Assembly: GCA_014729995.1 (NCBI GenBank) | Contig: WJIZ01000029.1 | Span: 12,779-76,778, forward strand | DNA from: Candidatus Woesearchaeota archaeon | Lineage (GTDB): Archaea > Nanobdellota > Nanobdellia > Woesearchaeales > WJIZ01 | Length of the DNA stretch: 64,000 nucleotides | Direction of reading: 5' to 3' | Shown: one piece after another, positions 18,043-27,760 of the stretch | Layout of the letters: each line of letters opens with the position of its first letter | Numbering within the stretch: position 1 is the stretch's first letter | Made by a program: the position numbers and the translations under genes | Notes under the pieces: generated by a model | Databases searched by the model: none | What the model was told of the DNA's origin: nothing | What the model saw: the letters and a program-made list of their open reading frames with translations, nothing else

Positions 18043-18795
18043 ATGACAGTCTGGTTCAACACTATATTCAGCGTATTGATAGTCAGCCTGATTTCTTTAA
18101 TAGGAATAATAACCTTTGCCCTGAAAGCAAAGAAGATGAACAATATTGCGCTTTTCCTGGTCAGCTTCGCAGCCGGCTCTTTGTTTGGCGGAGCATTCAT
18201 ACACCTACTTCCTGAATCAGCAGAGGAAATGGGATTCGGAATTGAAGTATCGTTATATGCCTTGCTGGGCATAGTAATATTTTTTCTGCTTGAGAATGTC
18301 ATTCACTGGCGCCACTGCCATATCCCTACTTCAGAAGAGCATCCGCATCCATTTGGCTTAATGAACCTTGTGGGCGACGGATTCCATAATCTCATAGACG
18401 GCATGGTTATTGCAGCATCCTACATGGCTTCTGTGCAGCTGGGAATAGCTACAACACTCGCAGTTATATTGCATGAGATACCCCAGGAAATAGGGGATTT
18501 CGGGGTGCTTATCCATGCAGGATATTCAAAAGTCAAGGCGCTTTTCTTTAATTTCTTGTCAGCTTTGACTGCCATTTTAGGAGCAATTATTGTTCTTTTC
18601 CTGGGCTCGGGTTTTGAGAGCTTCACTCTGGCTCTTCTTCCTTTTACAGCAGGAGGCTTCATCTACATAGCAGGCTCGGATCTTATACCCGAACTGAAGA
18701 AAGCCTGCTATCCTCTCTCCAGGGTGGCGCTGCAGTTTTTAGCGCTGATTTTAGGCATAGCTGTTATGCTGCTTCTGGCATTTTTAGAATTCTGA
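18043..18795 (+). CDS. ZIP-family divalent metal (zinc) transporter.
   Basis: Eight TM segments. HHxxP..E motif (FIHLLPESAEE). HEIPQEIGDFGVL metal-binding motif. Confidence 0.75.
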   Translation: MTVWFNTIFSVLIVSLISLIGIITFALKAKKMNNIALFLVSFAAGSLFGGAFIHLLPESAEEMGFGIEVSLYALLGIVIFFLLENVIHWRHCHIPTSEEHPHPFGLMNLVGDGFHNLIDGMVIAASYMASVQLGIATTLAVILHEIPQEIGDFGVLIHAGYSKVKALFFNFLSALTAILGAIIVLFLGSGFESFTLALLPFTAGGFIYIAGSDLIPELKKACYPLSRVALQFLALILGIAVMLLLAFLEF

Positions 18796-18796
18796 T

Positions 18797-19654
18797 TCAA
18801 ATAAAACTCTGCCTGATAATGGTTTTGTAAACTTCTACATTACCTAGGACATATGTCTCCACAGCAACAGCAATAAGCAGTATAATCAATGCAATAGCCA
18901 ATGATATCACTGTGTTTGTTGCAATATTATTGAATTTCTTGGATGCGAGTTTCTCTTTTATCATAGCATTTGAAACTACCCCTCCTGTTGTAGCAGCTAC
19001 AATATACGAAAAAGCCTCAAGAAGCATATGAGGTGAAACTATTCCTATGACTATAAGGAAATAAGTGAAAGGGTTCTGGTTTGCATTAAATGCTGCAGTC
19101 TTTGCCAGGTTTCCGAAAATAGTCCCCCATACAGATGCATTCCATGTTATCAGGAAAATTCCGCCGTCTCCCAAGAGCATTGCAGTGATGAAAATTACTA
19201 TCATTACTATCAAATTATTCTGGAGCAGGCTTCGGAAAAGGCCCCCTTCAAAAGCCACAGCATTGCCCGTCATTACATTTATCTGGTTCTGGAAAATATG
19301 GTTGGATGCCATCTTAGGCAGCAAAAGGGAAAAGTAAGAAAAAGTCAGGAGCATGCCTGAAAACATAAGCATATATATCATGAAAACATACCTATGGTCT
19401 TTCAGAAAAACCATAAAATTAAATTCCTTCTGCTCTGTCTCTATCGATTCTTCCTGTTTCATCAGCTTGTTGATAGTAGGGTAGAACATTATCGATATCA
19501 GGGCCACAGCAACCAATGCAGGGTCTTCAGGGAAGAGAAGGACTGCTAATCCAATGCCGATAACAGAATAGGCTATCCCGAGCAGCAATGCGTATAAGTT
19601 ATTTTTCTCAATCAGCTTAAGTGGATACAGCTGTTCAAGCATTTTCTGCCTCAC
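18797..19654 (-). CDS. Polytopic membrane protein, DUF95/SpoIIM-like.
   Basis: Six TM helices. Overall profile resembles archaeal DUF95 proteins. Confidence 0.4.
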   Translation of the reverse strand: MRQKMLEQLYPLKLIEKNNLYALLLGIAYSVIGIGLAVLLFPEDPALVAVALISIMFYPTINKLMKQEESIETEQKEFNFMVFLKDHRYVFMIYMLMFSGMLLTFSYFSLLLPKMASNHIFQNQINVMTGNAVAFEGGLFRSLLQNNLIVMIVIFITAMLLGDGGIFLITWNASVWGTIFGNLAKTAAFNANQNPFTYFLIVIGIVSPHMLLEAFSYIVAATTGGVVSNAMIKEKLASKKFNNIATNTVISLAIALIILLIAVAVETYVLGNVEVYKTIIRQSFI

Positions 19655-20375
19655 TCATGGCTTTGTTTATAAGCTCTTCACTGTAGCTGTTCTTTTCCAG
19701 CCAGGCCTTTATCTGCTGGTCATTATAGCCCTCTTTCTTACACCCGCTTATATAGCCTTTCAGGTCATTTATTTTTTTCCTGTAATTTAGCTTATCTATC
19801 GATGATTTCCTGTTTTTCTCAAGGATGATTATTAAGGCAACAGTAGCCAGAACCGAGATTAAAACTAGGGCCGCAAGCATATTATCCAACCCTATCTTCT
19901 TGGAGCTTAATTGAAGTTCATCCTTGTTTTTTTCAAATTCAGTGATTAATCCGCTGATTCTTGCTGCTTGCTTCTCATCGCCGGCAACCATTATGAGATT
20001 GTTTTTATTTAGCATAATCATAGCTGTGCCGCGCTTATACCTACCATCCATATGGTCACTCAGCATGAGGTTGGTGCCGGGGGTTCCAAAAAGCAAAATC
20101 CTTCTTGGTGAAACAATGTACTGCTCGGAATAGCTTTTGATGCCCAGGCTGGCAGCAATCTTTTCAGCATGCTTCTTTTCATAGGGTCTCGCATACTTGC
20201 CTGTAACAACCCTGTAAGCATCCGGCTGGTTTTTTACCAGCCTGAGATAATCATATATATTCCCGCCCTCTTTAACAGCATATCCTGTTATGCCCAAATT
20301 AGTATCAAGAAACAGTGCATAAACCATAGCAATAAGTATCATGGACAAAAACAGGATATTAAAGATTTTTCTCAT
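19635..20375 (-). CDS. Hypothetical membrane-anchored protein with two TM helices.
   Basis: N-terminal TM MRKIFNILFLSMILIAMVYALFL and a second TM ALVLISVLATVALIIILE. No family recognised. Confidence 0.4.
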   Translation of the reverse strand: MRKIFNILFLSMILIAMVYALFLDTNLGITGYAVKEGGNIYDYLRLVKNQPDAYRVVTGKYARPYEKKHAEKIAASLGIKSYSEQYIVSPRRILLFGTPGTNLMLSDHMDGRYKRGTAMIMLNKNNLIMVAGDEKQAARISGLITEFEKNKDELQLSSKKIGLDNMLAALVLISVLATVALIIILEKNRKSSIDKLNYRKKINDLKGYISGCKKEGYNDQQIKAWLEKNSYSEELINKAMSEAENA

Positions 20376-20522
20376 GCTGAAAATCCTGATTATATACTAT
20401 ATATAGTTTACGAAATTAACGCCAATTAATACTAAAATTTATAAAGGATTAGGAGATTTCACTTAAAAAAGAGGGGGCTATTTGAAGCATTCTGTATGTT
20501 TTCACCCTGGTTTGTGGTTAAG

Positions 20523-21596
20523 ATGATTATTGGATTGCCAAAAGAAACTAAGTTGGGCGAGTTTAGGGTAGCTCTTATTCCGGAGCATGCCGCTATTTTA
20601 GCCAGGGCAGGCCATACTGTATTAGTAGAGAAAAATGCAGGCAAGGGTTCAAAATTTTCTAACAGGGATTATCAAAGGGCAGGGGCGGAAATCGTAGAGA
20701 ATGTTTACGATTGTGAGATGATTGTAAGGGTAAAAGAGCCTCCTCTCGCTACCATAAAAAAAGGCCAGGTTATAATGGGCTATCTCCACATCGAGAAAGG
20801 CCAGAACATGGCCCTGCTGAAGAAACTTTTGGACCAAAATACATCTAGTTATGCCTATGAAGAAATAAGAAACGAAAAAAAAGAGCGGCTTGTTAACCTG
20901 GGCAAAGAAGCCGGAATTGTAGGCATGTACGAAGGCCTAAGGCTGTGCGGCAGGATAAGGGAAAAATTTGGCCTTGTTAACAGGTTCAGAAAGCTTAAGC
21001 CGATAAAGACATATTTCGATATTGATGAGGTATATGAAGTTTTAAGCAAAGCCGGCCTTCACAACGGCGTTAATATCTACATATTAGGCAAGGGAAGGGT
21101 TTCTTCCGGAGCGCAGGAAGTCCTGAAATATACAGATATAATCCCCAATGTGCTTTACAGGAATGAGACCCCTTACATAAGTAAGTATCTCCCCCATGCC
21201 GATATAATTGTGAATGCAGTTGACTGGTATCCCGATGAGCCGAGAATAATAACCAAGGACATGCTTAAGCTCATGAAGAGAACAGCAGCCATCATTGATA
21301 TCAGCTGTGATGAAAACGGCGCTGTCGAGAGCTGCATTCCCACAACATGGCAAAGGCCCACCTATGTATTCAACGGCATAACTCATTATTGTGTCGATAA
21401 CCTGCCAAGCGCAGTCCCCCGCAATTCTTCGATAAGGTTAAGCAACATGATTATCCGGCATGTTCTTAGAGTTGCAAATAACACCGGCTACTCAAACGGC
21501 CTAATGACAAGGAACGGCATATTTGAATACGCCAGGAACAAGGGCAGGCTGGAAGAGTTTGAGCAGCAGGCAACAGCCATGGAAGAGTTCGCTTAA
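20523..21596 (+). CDS. AlaDH/PNT-family NAD(P) dehydrogenase, alanine dehydrogenase-like.
   Basis: MIIGLPKETK..E.RVAL.P N-terminus. Rossmann motif ILGKGRVSSGAQEV. ATG 20523 is preferred over the track start 20496. Confidence 0.7.
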   Translation: MIIGLPKETKLGEFRVALIPEHAAILARAGHTVLVEKNAGKGSKFSNRDYQRAGAEIVENVYDCEMIVRVKEPPLATIKKGQVIMGYLHIEKGQNMALLKKLLDQNTSSYAYEEIRNEKKERLVNLGKEAGIVGMYEGLRLCGRIREKFGLVNRFRKLKPIKTYFDIDEVYEVLSKAGLHNGVNIYILGKGRVSSGAQEVLKYTDIIPNVLYRNETPYISKYLPHADIIVNAVDWYPDEPRIITKDMLKLMKRTAAIIDISCDENGAVESCIPTTWQRPTYVFNGITHYCVDNLPSAVPRNSSIRLSNMIIRHVLRVANNTGYSNGLMTRNGIFEYARNKGRLEEFEQQATAMEEFA

Positions 21597-21637
21597 TTCT
21601 AAGAAATTTTTTATATTAGTTCATCATAAGATGCCGT

Positions 21638-22339
21638 ATGGCCAAAAAAACTGCTAAGAATACAGAAGCAGCCATGCGTACATTAATTATTGATAATGGC
21701 AGCCAGTATCTGAAGAAGATAGAAGAACATGTTAATACTGCTGCTTCAGAAAAAAATATTGATAAGCATGAAGTAGTCAGGCTGAGCCCTTCTGAAGTTC
21801 AGGATATGTATAATAAAGATAAGCAATTCTTAAATCGATTTAATTATGTAATTTCATCTGGTTCATCAAAATACAGCAAAGCAGACACAGAATTCCATAA
21901 TGATCTGAAAGAAAAATTGTCAGATTCTGATTCCACTTTTTTGGGCGTATGCCATGGAGCCCAGCAATATGCTACATCCCATGGAGCAGAACTTAAGAAA
22001 GGAGAATACATGCACCAAGGAAAAAGAGAATCAAGAGTTGTGAAATATCATGATTCTTTGAAAGGCATTCATAATGAAGGAAAAATTAGCCAATATGGCC
22101 ATCATAAATGGTTTGTTCCCAATAACAATAAGGCAAGCAATCTCGAGATAATCGCAGAGGGCGAGACAAAATCAGGAGAAAAATTTGTCGAGATGTACAA
22201 AGTAAAGGGAAAAGAGCATTATGGGGTGCAGTTCCATCCTGAAAAGGGAGATGGAAAAGTGATCAAGAATCTGTTTGAGCAGGCCTATCGAAGAAATATG
22301 AAAGATAATTCAGTAAAAGAATACAAGAATGCTGCTTAA
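21638..22339 (+). CDS. Class-I glutamine amidotransferase, GMP-synthase subunit-A-like.
   Basis: LIIDNGSQY. Catalytic GVCHGAQ (Cys) and HYGVQFHPE (His/Glu) motifs. Confidence 0.6.
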   Translation: MAKKTAKNTEAAMRTLIIDNGSQYLKKIEEHVNTAASEKNIDKHEVVRLSPSEVQDMYNKDKQFLNRFNYVISSGSSKYSKADTEFHNDLKEKLSDSDSTFLGVCHGAQQYATSHGAELKKGEYMHQGKRESRVVKYHDSLKGIHNEGKISQYGHHKWFVPNNNKASNLEIIAEGETKSGEKFVEMYKVKGKEHYGVQFHPEKGDGKVIKNLFEQAYRRNMKDNSVKEYKNAA

Positions 22340-23001
22340 TTATCTCCGGAGTACTCTGAAGCAAGCCTGAAATAATTCTCAAAGAATTTCTGCGTACCGT
22401 CCTCTATGTTAAATTGGGCGCTGTATATAGGGGCTGCGGAATCTATCCCGCTTACCAAGACAGTATCCATGAATGCTAACAATTGGATTACCCTCTTTTG
22501 CCCTGGCCTCCTTTTTTGTTTTTTTTCAGGCAGTACTGCATAAGTATTAGACAGCTGAAAAGCCAGTTTGTCAATGCCTTCAAAAACAGGGTATGGTAAA
22601 CTGGAAACAGTTATCTCATGAGCAGATTGGTACTTTTCTTTTTCAGAATCAGGAACTCTGTCTATTGCCCAATTATATGCATTATTTATTGCCATATGGC
22701 CGGCGTTTATGCCTAAGATTGGTATGTTCTCATTAGCTGCATTCTGGATTAAGTTATATAGATTCAGAACATGGGGATCTATCTCAGCTCTGGTTTGAGG
22801 CAACCCCACTTTTGCTGTTCCAGGGGATAAAACCAAAGCATCATAATCCATAAGTTCTGCTGGATTGATATGTTTGTAATCGTGAACACCCTTAATCGAA
22901 TTCCATTCATCGGATAAGGTCTTGCCTAGTGAAGAGAGAAAGTTATTAAGGTATTCGCCATCTGGGGTTAGCCCAAGTGTTATTATGCCCAGCTTTTTCA
23001 T
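22336..23001 (-). CDS. GATase1-fold protein with degenerate catalytic residues. Probable pseudo-enzyme.
   Basis: ILGINAGHMAI replaces the G-x-C-x-G motif (Cys to Asn). AQFNIE replaces the FHPE motif (His to Asn). Convergent with the canonical GATase and overlaps it by 4 nt. Confidence 0.45.
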   Translation of the reverse strand: MKKLGIITLGLTPDGEYLNNFLSSLGKTLSDEWNSIKGVHDYKHINPAELMDYDALVLSPGTAKVGLPQTRAEIDPHVLNLYNLIQNAANENIPILGINAGHMAINNAYNWAIDRVPDSEKEKYQSAHEITVSSLPYPVFEGIDKLAFQLSNTYAVLPEKKQKRRPGQKRVIQLLAFMDTVLVSGIDSAAPIYSAQFNIEDGTQKFFENYFRLASEYSGDN

Positions 23002-23065
23002 AGCAGAACACCATGTACAATACTATTTAAATCTTTTGATTTTTAACTACTTATAAGAAACAACA

Positions 23066-23536
23066 CTATAGCTCTTTGCTCAACTTGACAGTATAATCCT
23101 TAAATCCAAACTTTCTATATAATTGCAGTGCTTTTTTATTATCCACGTGAATCTCCAAAGAAACATGCTTTGTCTTATTGTTCTTAAGCCAATCTAAAGC
23201 AGTTTCAATAAGCTTTCCACCCAGCCCTTTTTTTCTGTATTCTTTCAAAATATATAGATTGCTGATATACCCTTTCCTGCTATATTTTGATATAGGTAAT
23301 GGCTTAAAATATTGTGCAAGTATCATGCCGACTATCTTCTTGCCTTTGACAACTATAAATAATCCGCGGTTGATATACTTTATGTCTTTCTTAAGGTAAT
23401 TGAAATAATCTTCTTTATTGTCCTCAATAAGCCTGATCGCGCCACTGTACCGGAATTCCTCTTTTTTTGAAAGCAATTTAATTTTCTTCAGGCCTTCAAA
23501 ATCTTCCATAGCTGCCCTTCGAATTTTAATTTCCAT
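23066..23536 (-). CDS. GNAT-family N-acetyltransferase.
   Basis: ..GKGLGGKLIETALDWLK...LEIHVDNKKALQLYRKFGFKD acetyl-CoA-binding motifs. Confidence 0.75.
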   Translation of the reverse strand: MEIKIRRAAMEDFEGLKKIKLLSKKEEFRYSGAIRLIEDNKEDYFNYLKKDIKYINRGLFIVVKGKKIVGMILAQYFKPLPISKYSRKGYISNLYILKEYRKKGLGGKLIETALDWLKNNKTKHVSLEIHVDNKKALQLYRKFGFKDYTVKLSKEL

Positions 23537-24662
23537 ATTCTCTTATTATCTCTTTTATTAAAAATCTGCTGAGGTTGAACCTTCTCGCTCTTGGAAATCC
23601 GGGAAATGTATTGATCTCTATAAACATAGCGCTTTTCCTGTCTGCGCAAAGCATCATATCTACCCCCCCAAAGCCCAGCCCAAGCGATTTGATTGCCTTA
23701 ACCGCAGCTTTCTTAGCCGCTTCCAGCTGCCTTTTCGGAAGCAGCCTTATGAAGCTTGTCTTTTCGCCTTTTGCGCCCTGCGAAATATTGGTTGTCACAG
23801 CCTCTGCATCATTGCTCCTGCCATAGCTGTACAAGACACTATCCCTGAAAACATACATTCTCAGGTCAAATTTTCTCCCCCTGATAAGCAGCGGATTGAT
23901 TGCTTCCTCTATTATTATGTCTTTCCTGAGAAGCCGGCTGAGAAATTTTTTATTTGCGGTAATATCTATAAAAGACCAGCCGTAATCAGAATGCTTGTTC
24001 ACTATCCTGCCGTTCCTAAACCTGAAATTGGTCATCCACCTTCCTTTTTCCAGGTATGTTATGCCCTTGCCCATGCTTCCAAACCTCACTTTTATGAAAA
24101 GCTTGTATCCTTTGTCTAGGAGCCCTATTACGCCCCCAACTTTATTATTGTGGAATCTTTTCGGCACAAGAATTCCCGATCTGGAAACTATCTCTTTTGT
24201 CAGTTCCTTATCCCTGTCAGTGGCTAAGCTTTCAGGGGGATTTATATAAGAGATTTTCTTGTCTTTGTAGAAAGAATCCAGGGATTTTTTTACATCCTTC
24301 CAGAATGACCTGAATTTCTCATAAAATGCCTTATTGCCGTATATGCCCTTATATTGCTTAGGCTCTATATGCTTATCCCAGTATTCAAATGGAAAGAAAA
24401 GAAAGACTATCAACTCTTGGGTGTTTAATTTAGGCAAATCTCCCCCAAGCAATTTCCAATAATCGGTTTTCTTTAACGAAATTCCAGAATTATAAAAAAA
24501 TCTCCTGCTCTTGCAGAATTTCCTGAATGTGTCAAAGTCTTTCCAGTCCCCGACCGCAAGCAAAGTTTTTGTTTCCACCATTTTCTTTATCAGGGAATTC
24601 CTTATAAAAGTTTGGTTTAAAATGGGGTTTTCATAATCTTTATAAAGCTCTCTTAAAAACAT
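23526..24662 (-). CDS. ATP-grasp ligase, RimK/YheC-YheD-like. It overlaps the GNAT gene by 11 nt.
   Basis: KVRFGSMGKGI, FDLRMYVF and EINTFPGF ATP-grasp motifs. The ATG at 24662 is preferred, because the track start 24875 would overlap rnfC. Confidence 0.6.
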   Translation of the reverse strand: MFLRELYKDYENPILNQTFIRNSLIKKMVETKTLLAVGDWKDFDTFRKFCKSRRFFYNSGISLKKTDYWKLLGGDLPKLNTQELIVFLFFPFEYWDKHIEPKQYKGIYGNKAFYEKFRSFWKDVKKSLDSFYKDKKISYINPPESLATDRDKELTKEIVSRSGILVPKRFHNNKVGGVIGLLDKGYKLFIKVRFGSMGKGITYLEKGRWMTNFRFRNGRIVNKHSDYGWSFIDITANKKFLSRLLRKDIIIEEAINPLLIRGRKFDLRMYVFRDSVLYSYGRSNDAEAVTTNISQGAKGEKTSFIRLLPKRQLEAAKKAAVKAIKSLGLGFGGVDMMLCADRKSAMFIEINTFPGFPRARRFNLSRFLIKEIIREYGN

Positions 24663-24668
24663 AATTGT

Positions 24669-26210
24669 ATGGCTTTCAAAGGAGGCATTCACCCGAAATA
24701 CAATAAGATAACTGCAGGAAGCAAGATAGAAAAAGCAGGCCTTCCCGGGAAAATAGTCCTGCCGATGAGCCAGCATGTGGGAAAGCCCTGCGAGCCAATA
24801 GTGAATATAGGAGACTATGTCAGGACAGGCCAGAAAATTGCTGAAAGCGACGCATTCGTCTCCGCCCCTATACATTCTTCTGTTTCAGGCACAGTAAAGT
24901 CTGTCGAAGCCCTCCCCCATCCAATAACAGGAAATCCTGTAAAATCAGTAACTATAGAATCAGACGGCAAGGATGATAAGGTGGAGATGAGGGAAAGGCA
25001 GTACGAAAACCTTTCGAATGAAGAGCTGAAAGAAATAATCAGGGAAGCGGGAATTGTCGGTCTTGGCGGAGCAGCTTTTCCTGCGCACGTAAAGTTAAGC
25101 CCGCCTAAGGACAAGAATATAGACTGCCTGCTAATAAACGGGGCAGAATGTGAGCCCTTTCTGACTACAGACCACAGGCTGATGGTAGAAAGAGCAGACC
25201 AATTATTGGAAGGCATCAGGATTATAAGGAAAATACTCGAAACAAAAGATGTTTTCATAGGCATAGAGAAAAATAAGTCCGACGCTGTCAAATTGTTGTC
25301 CGAAAAATGCAAAGGCCAGAATATCAGGGTAAAGGCTTTGCATGCCAAGTATCCGCAGGGCAGCGAAAAAAAGCTTATTTATGCCGTAAACAGAAGAAAA
25401 GTCCCTGCAGGCGGTCTTCCCATGGATATTGGCTGCGTTGTCCAGAATGTTGGCACTTGTTTGGCTGTTTTTGAAGCTGTTGCGCTCTCCAAGTCGCTCT
25501 ATGAAAGGGTCATCACAGTAACAGGCAGGGTAAACAGGCCTAAAAATATTTTAGTTAGGATAGGCTCATCAGTAAAGGAAGCCATAGAAGAGGCTGATAA
25601 CTATAAAGGCCAGCCAAAAAAGATCATCATGGGCGGACCGATGATGGGATTTGCGCTTCCCACAGATGAGCTGCCGGTAATTAAGGGCACGTCAGGAATA
25701 ATTGTCTTCAATAAGGTTGATATGGATGAGAAAAGGCAGGAAATAGAATGCATAAGGTGCGGTAAATGCGTCCAGAAATGCCCCATGCATCTTCATCCCT
25801 CATTACTGGCGAGATACGCACAAAAAGGAAAATTCGGATTGGCAGAAAAGACATTCGCCATGGACTGTTACGAGTGCGGCTGCTGTGCTTTCATCTGTCC
25901 TTCCCATATCCCCTTAGTCCACTGGATAAGGTATGCTAAGTCAGAGATATTGAGGAAAAGAGTGGAAAGGAAGAAAAAAGAAAAAAAGTCAAAAGAGGCA
26001 AAAGGCAGTGAGCATGCAGAAAAAGGGAGAAAAACAGGGGAAAGTTCAGAAAAGAAAGAAAGTGAAGAAGAAAAGAAGGAAGAAAAACAAGCCAGCAACG
26101 TCCCTGAATCAGGAAAGGAGAAAATAGGTGCCGAAGAGAGCAATGAAAAGCCGCAAGCGGCTGAAGAATACAAAAAAGAAGATAATCCAGAAGAAGACAA
26201 AAAAGAATAA
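24669..26210 (+). CDS. rnfC: Rnf electron-transport complex subunit C, with a ~90-aa Lys/Glu-rich C-terminal tail.
   Basis: GGIHP N-terminus. GLGGAAFPAHVK. INGAECEPFLTTD. Two 4Fe-4S CxxCxxC motifs. Confidence 0.9.
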   Translation: MAFKGGIHPKYNKITAGSKIEKAGLPGKIVLPMSQHVGKPCEPIVNIGDYVRTGQKIAESDAFVSAPIHSSVSGTVKSVEALPHPITGNPVKSVTIESDGKDDKVEMRERQYENLSNEELKEIIREAGIVGLGGAAFPAHVKLSPPKDKNIDCLLINGAECEPFLTTDHRLMVERADQLLEGIRIIRKILETKDVFIGIEKNKSDAVKLLSEKCKGQNIRVKALHAKYPQGSEKKLIYAVNRRKVPAGGLPMDIGCVVQNVGTCLAVFEAVALSKSLYERVITVTGRVNRPKNILVRIGSSVKEAIEEADNYKGQPKKIIMGGPMMGFALPTDELPVIKGTSGIIVFNKVDMDEKRQEIECIRCGKCVQKCPMHLHPSLLARYAQKGKFGLAEKTFAMDCYECGCCAFICPSHIPLVHWIRYAKSEILRKRVERKKKEKKSKEAKGSEHAEKGRKTGESSEKKESEEEKKEEKQASNVPESGKEKIGAEESNEKPQAAEEYKKEDNPEEDKKE

Positions 26211-26211
26211 G

Positions 26212-27183
26212 ATGCCGGAAAAAAAATTTATTGTGGAAAGTTCGCCCCATATATTTTCTTCTAATTATAAATACAAAGTAATGTGGCTTGTTGTGCTGGC
26301 TTTGCTGCCTGCCGCAATTATGGGGGTCATTAACTTTGGTGCGCGTGCCCTCCTCGTTATCATAGTAGCCTTATCAGTCTCCATACTTACTGATGCACTT
26401 TTCGAAAAGCTGAAAGGAAAGCAGATGGTTGTTGAGCAGGGAGCCGCGGTTGTTACCGGCCTGCTGCTCGGAATGATTCTTCCCCCTGCAGTTCCGCTGT
26501 GGGTTCCTGCATTAGGCAGCTTTACCGCGATAGCGCTGGCAAAGCACGCTTTTGGCGGTGCGGGCATGACCATCTTCAATCCTGCGTTGGTAGGAAGGGC
26601 ATTCCTTGTTGCGAGCTTCCCTGCAATAATGACGAGATACACATGGCCAGACGGCATCACATCAGCATCCCCATTGGGCATGCTGAAGGCTGAAGGCTAC
26701 ACACATGCTCTTTCCTTTTTCGGGAGCAGGTTAGCAGCTTACAAGGCAATGTTTTTCGGGAACATAGCAGGCAGCATAGGTGAAACTTCTGCTTTGGCTC
26801 TGCTTATCGGAGGCTTGTTTCTTGTACTGGTGAAAGTTATTGACTGGAAGATTCCAGCTGTCTATATTGGCACTGTATTTGTCCTGACATGGCTGTTTGG
26901 CCAAGATCCCATTTATCATATTTTAGGAGGCGGCCTTTTCATCGGGGCATTCTTCATGGCAACAGCTTATGAAGGCATGCCCATAACCCCTAACGGAAGA
27001 GTCTATTTTGCCTTGGGCCTGGGCATATTGACAGTCGTGATAAGGTTATGGGGCGGCTATCCCGAGGGCGTAAATTACTCCATACTGCTGATGAATGCAG
27101 CCTCTCCCCTGATTGAAAGATTGACAATAAGAAAGCCTTTTGGCTATACGAAAAAGAAAAAAAATGCTGAATCAAATGCTTAA
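26212..27183 (+). CDS. rnfD: Rnf subunit D.
   Basis: VESSPH near the N-terminus. Polytopic membrane protein. ATG at 26212 lies directly after the rnfC stop. Confidence 0.85.
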   Translation: MPEKKFIVESSPHIFSSNYKYKVMWLVVLALLPAAIMGVINFGARALLVIIVALSVSILTDALFEKLKGKQMVVEQGAAVVTGLLLGMILPPAVPLWVPALGSFTAIALAKHAFGGAGMTIFNPALVGRAFLVASFPAIMTRYTWPDGITSASPLGMLKAEGYTHALSFFGSRLAAYKAMFFGNIAGSIGETSALALLIGGLFLVLVKVIDWKIPAVYIGTVFVLTWLFGQDPIYHILGGGLFIGAFFMATAYEGMPITPNGRVYFALGLGILTVVIRLWGGYPEGVNYSILLMNAASPLIERLTIRKPFGYTKKKKNAESNA

Positions 27184-27760
27184 ATCAACACTTGTATTGT
27201 CTTTAGTGTGCTTAATAGCCGCGGCTTTGCTCGGCACAGCCTATATTTTTACAGAGCCTGGAATAGAAGAGCAGAAAGAAGCCGCGCTAAAGGAAAGCCT
27301 GGGCCAGGTTCATACAACAGCAGATGATTTTGAAGCAAAAGACGGCTATTTTGTAGCATTAAAAAACAGCAAAATAATAGGTTATGCGGCTGTTGCAGAG
27401 GCACAGGGCTACGGCGGCACTATAAAAATTCTTGCAGGCATAGACACGGAAAAGAAGCTGACAGGAATAAGGATAATGGAGCATGAGGAAACACCCGGCA
27501 TGGGGGCAAGTGCCCTAAAACCCGAATTTTATTCCCAGTTTAGCGGTCTGCCAGCAGATAAAATAGCCTTAAGAAGAAATGGCGGAAAGATCGATGCAAT
27601 TACTGGCGCCACTATAACAAGCTCTGCTGTTATAGATGCAGTAAAGCAGGCTCTCGAGTCAGAGCTAAGCAGCTTAAAATTCAATAATTCTATTGAAGAA
27701 GCTGATTCTGTAACTTACGCTGTTCCGGGCAATAAATCAGGAGAGATAAAAAATGGCTGA
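27164..27760 (+). CDS. rnfG: Rnf subunit G (FMN-binding).
   Basis: N-terminal TM. GYGGTIKILAGID...ETPGMGA. ITGATITSSAV FMN-attachment motif. Confidence 0.85.
   Translation: MLNQMLKSTLVLSLVCLIAAALLGTAYIFTEPGIEEQKEAALKESLGQVHTTADDFEAKDGYFVALKNSKIIGYAAVAEAQGYGGTIKILAGIDTEKKLTGIRIMEHEETPGMGASALKPEFYSQFSGLPADKIALRRNGGKIDAITGATITSSAVIDAVKQALESELSSLKFNNSIEEADSVTYAVPGNKSGEIKNG

Noticed and set aside
24663-24875. A 71-aa N-terminal extension of the ATP-grasp ORF.
   Set aside because: It would run antisense through the start of rnfC. The internal ATG 24662 gives a sensible N-terminus.
26128-26211. N-terminal extension of rnfD (MPKRAMKSRK...) from the ORF track.
   Set aside because: It overlaps the rnfC tail. 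The conserved RnfD N-terminus begins at ATG 26212, right after the rnfC stop.
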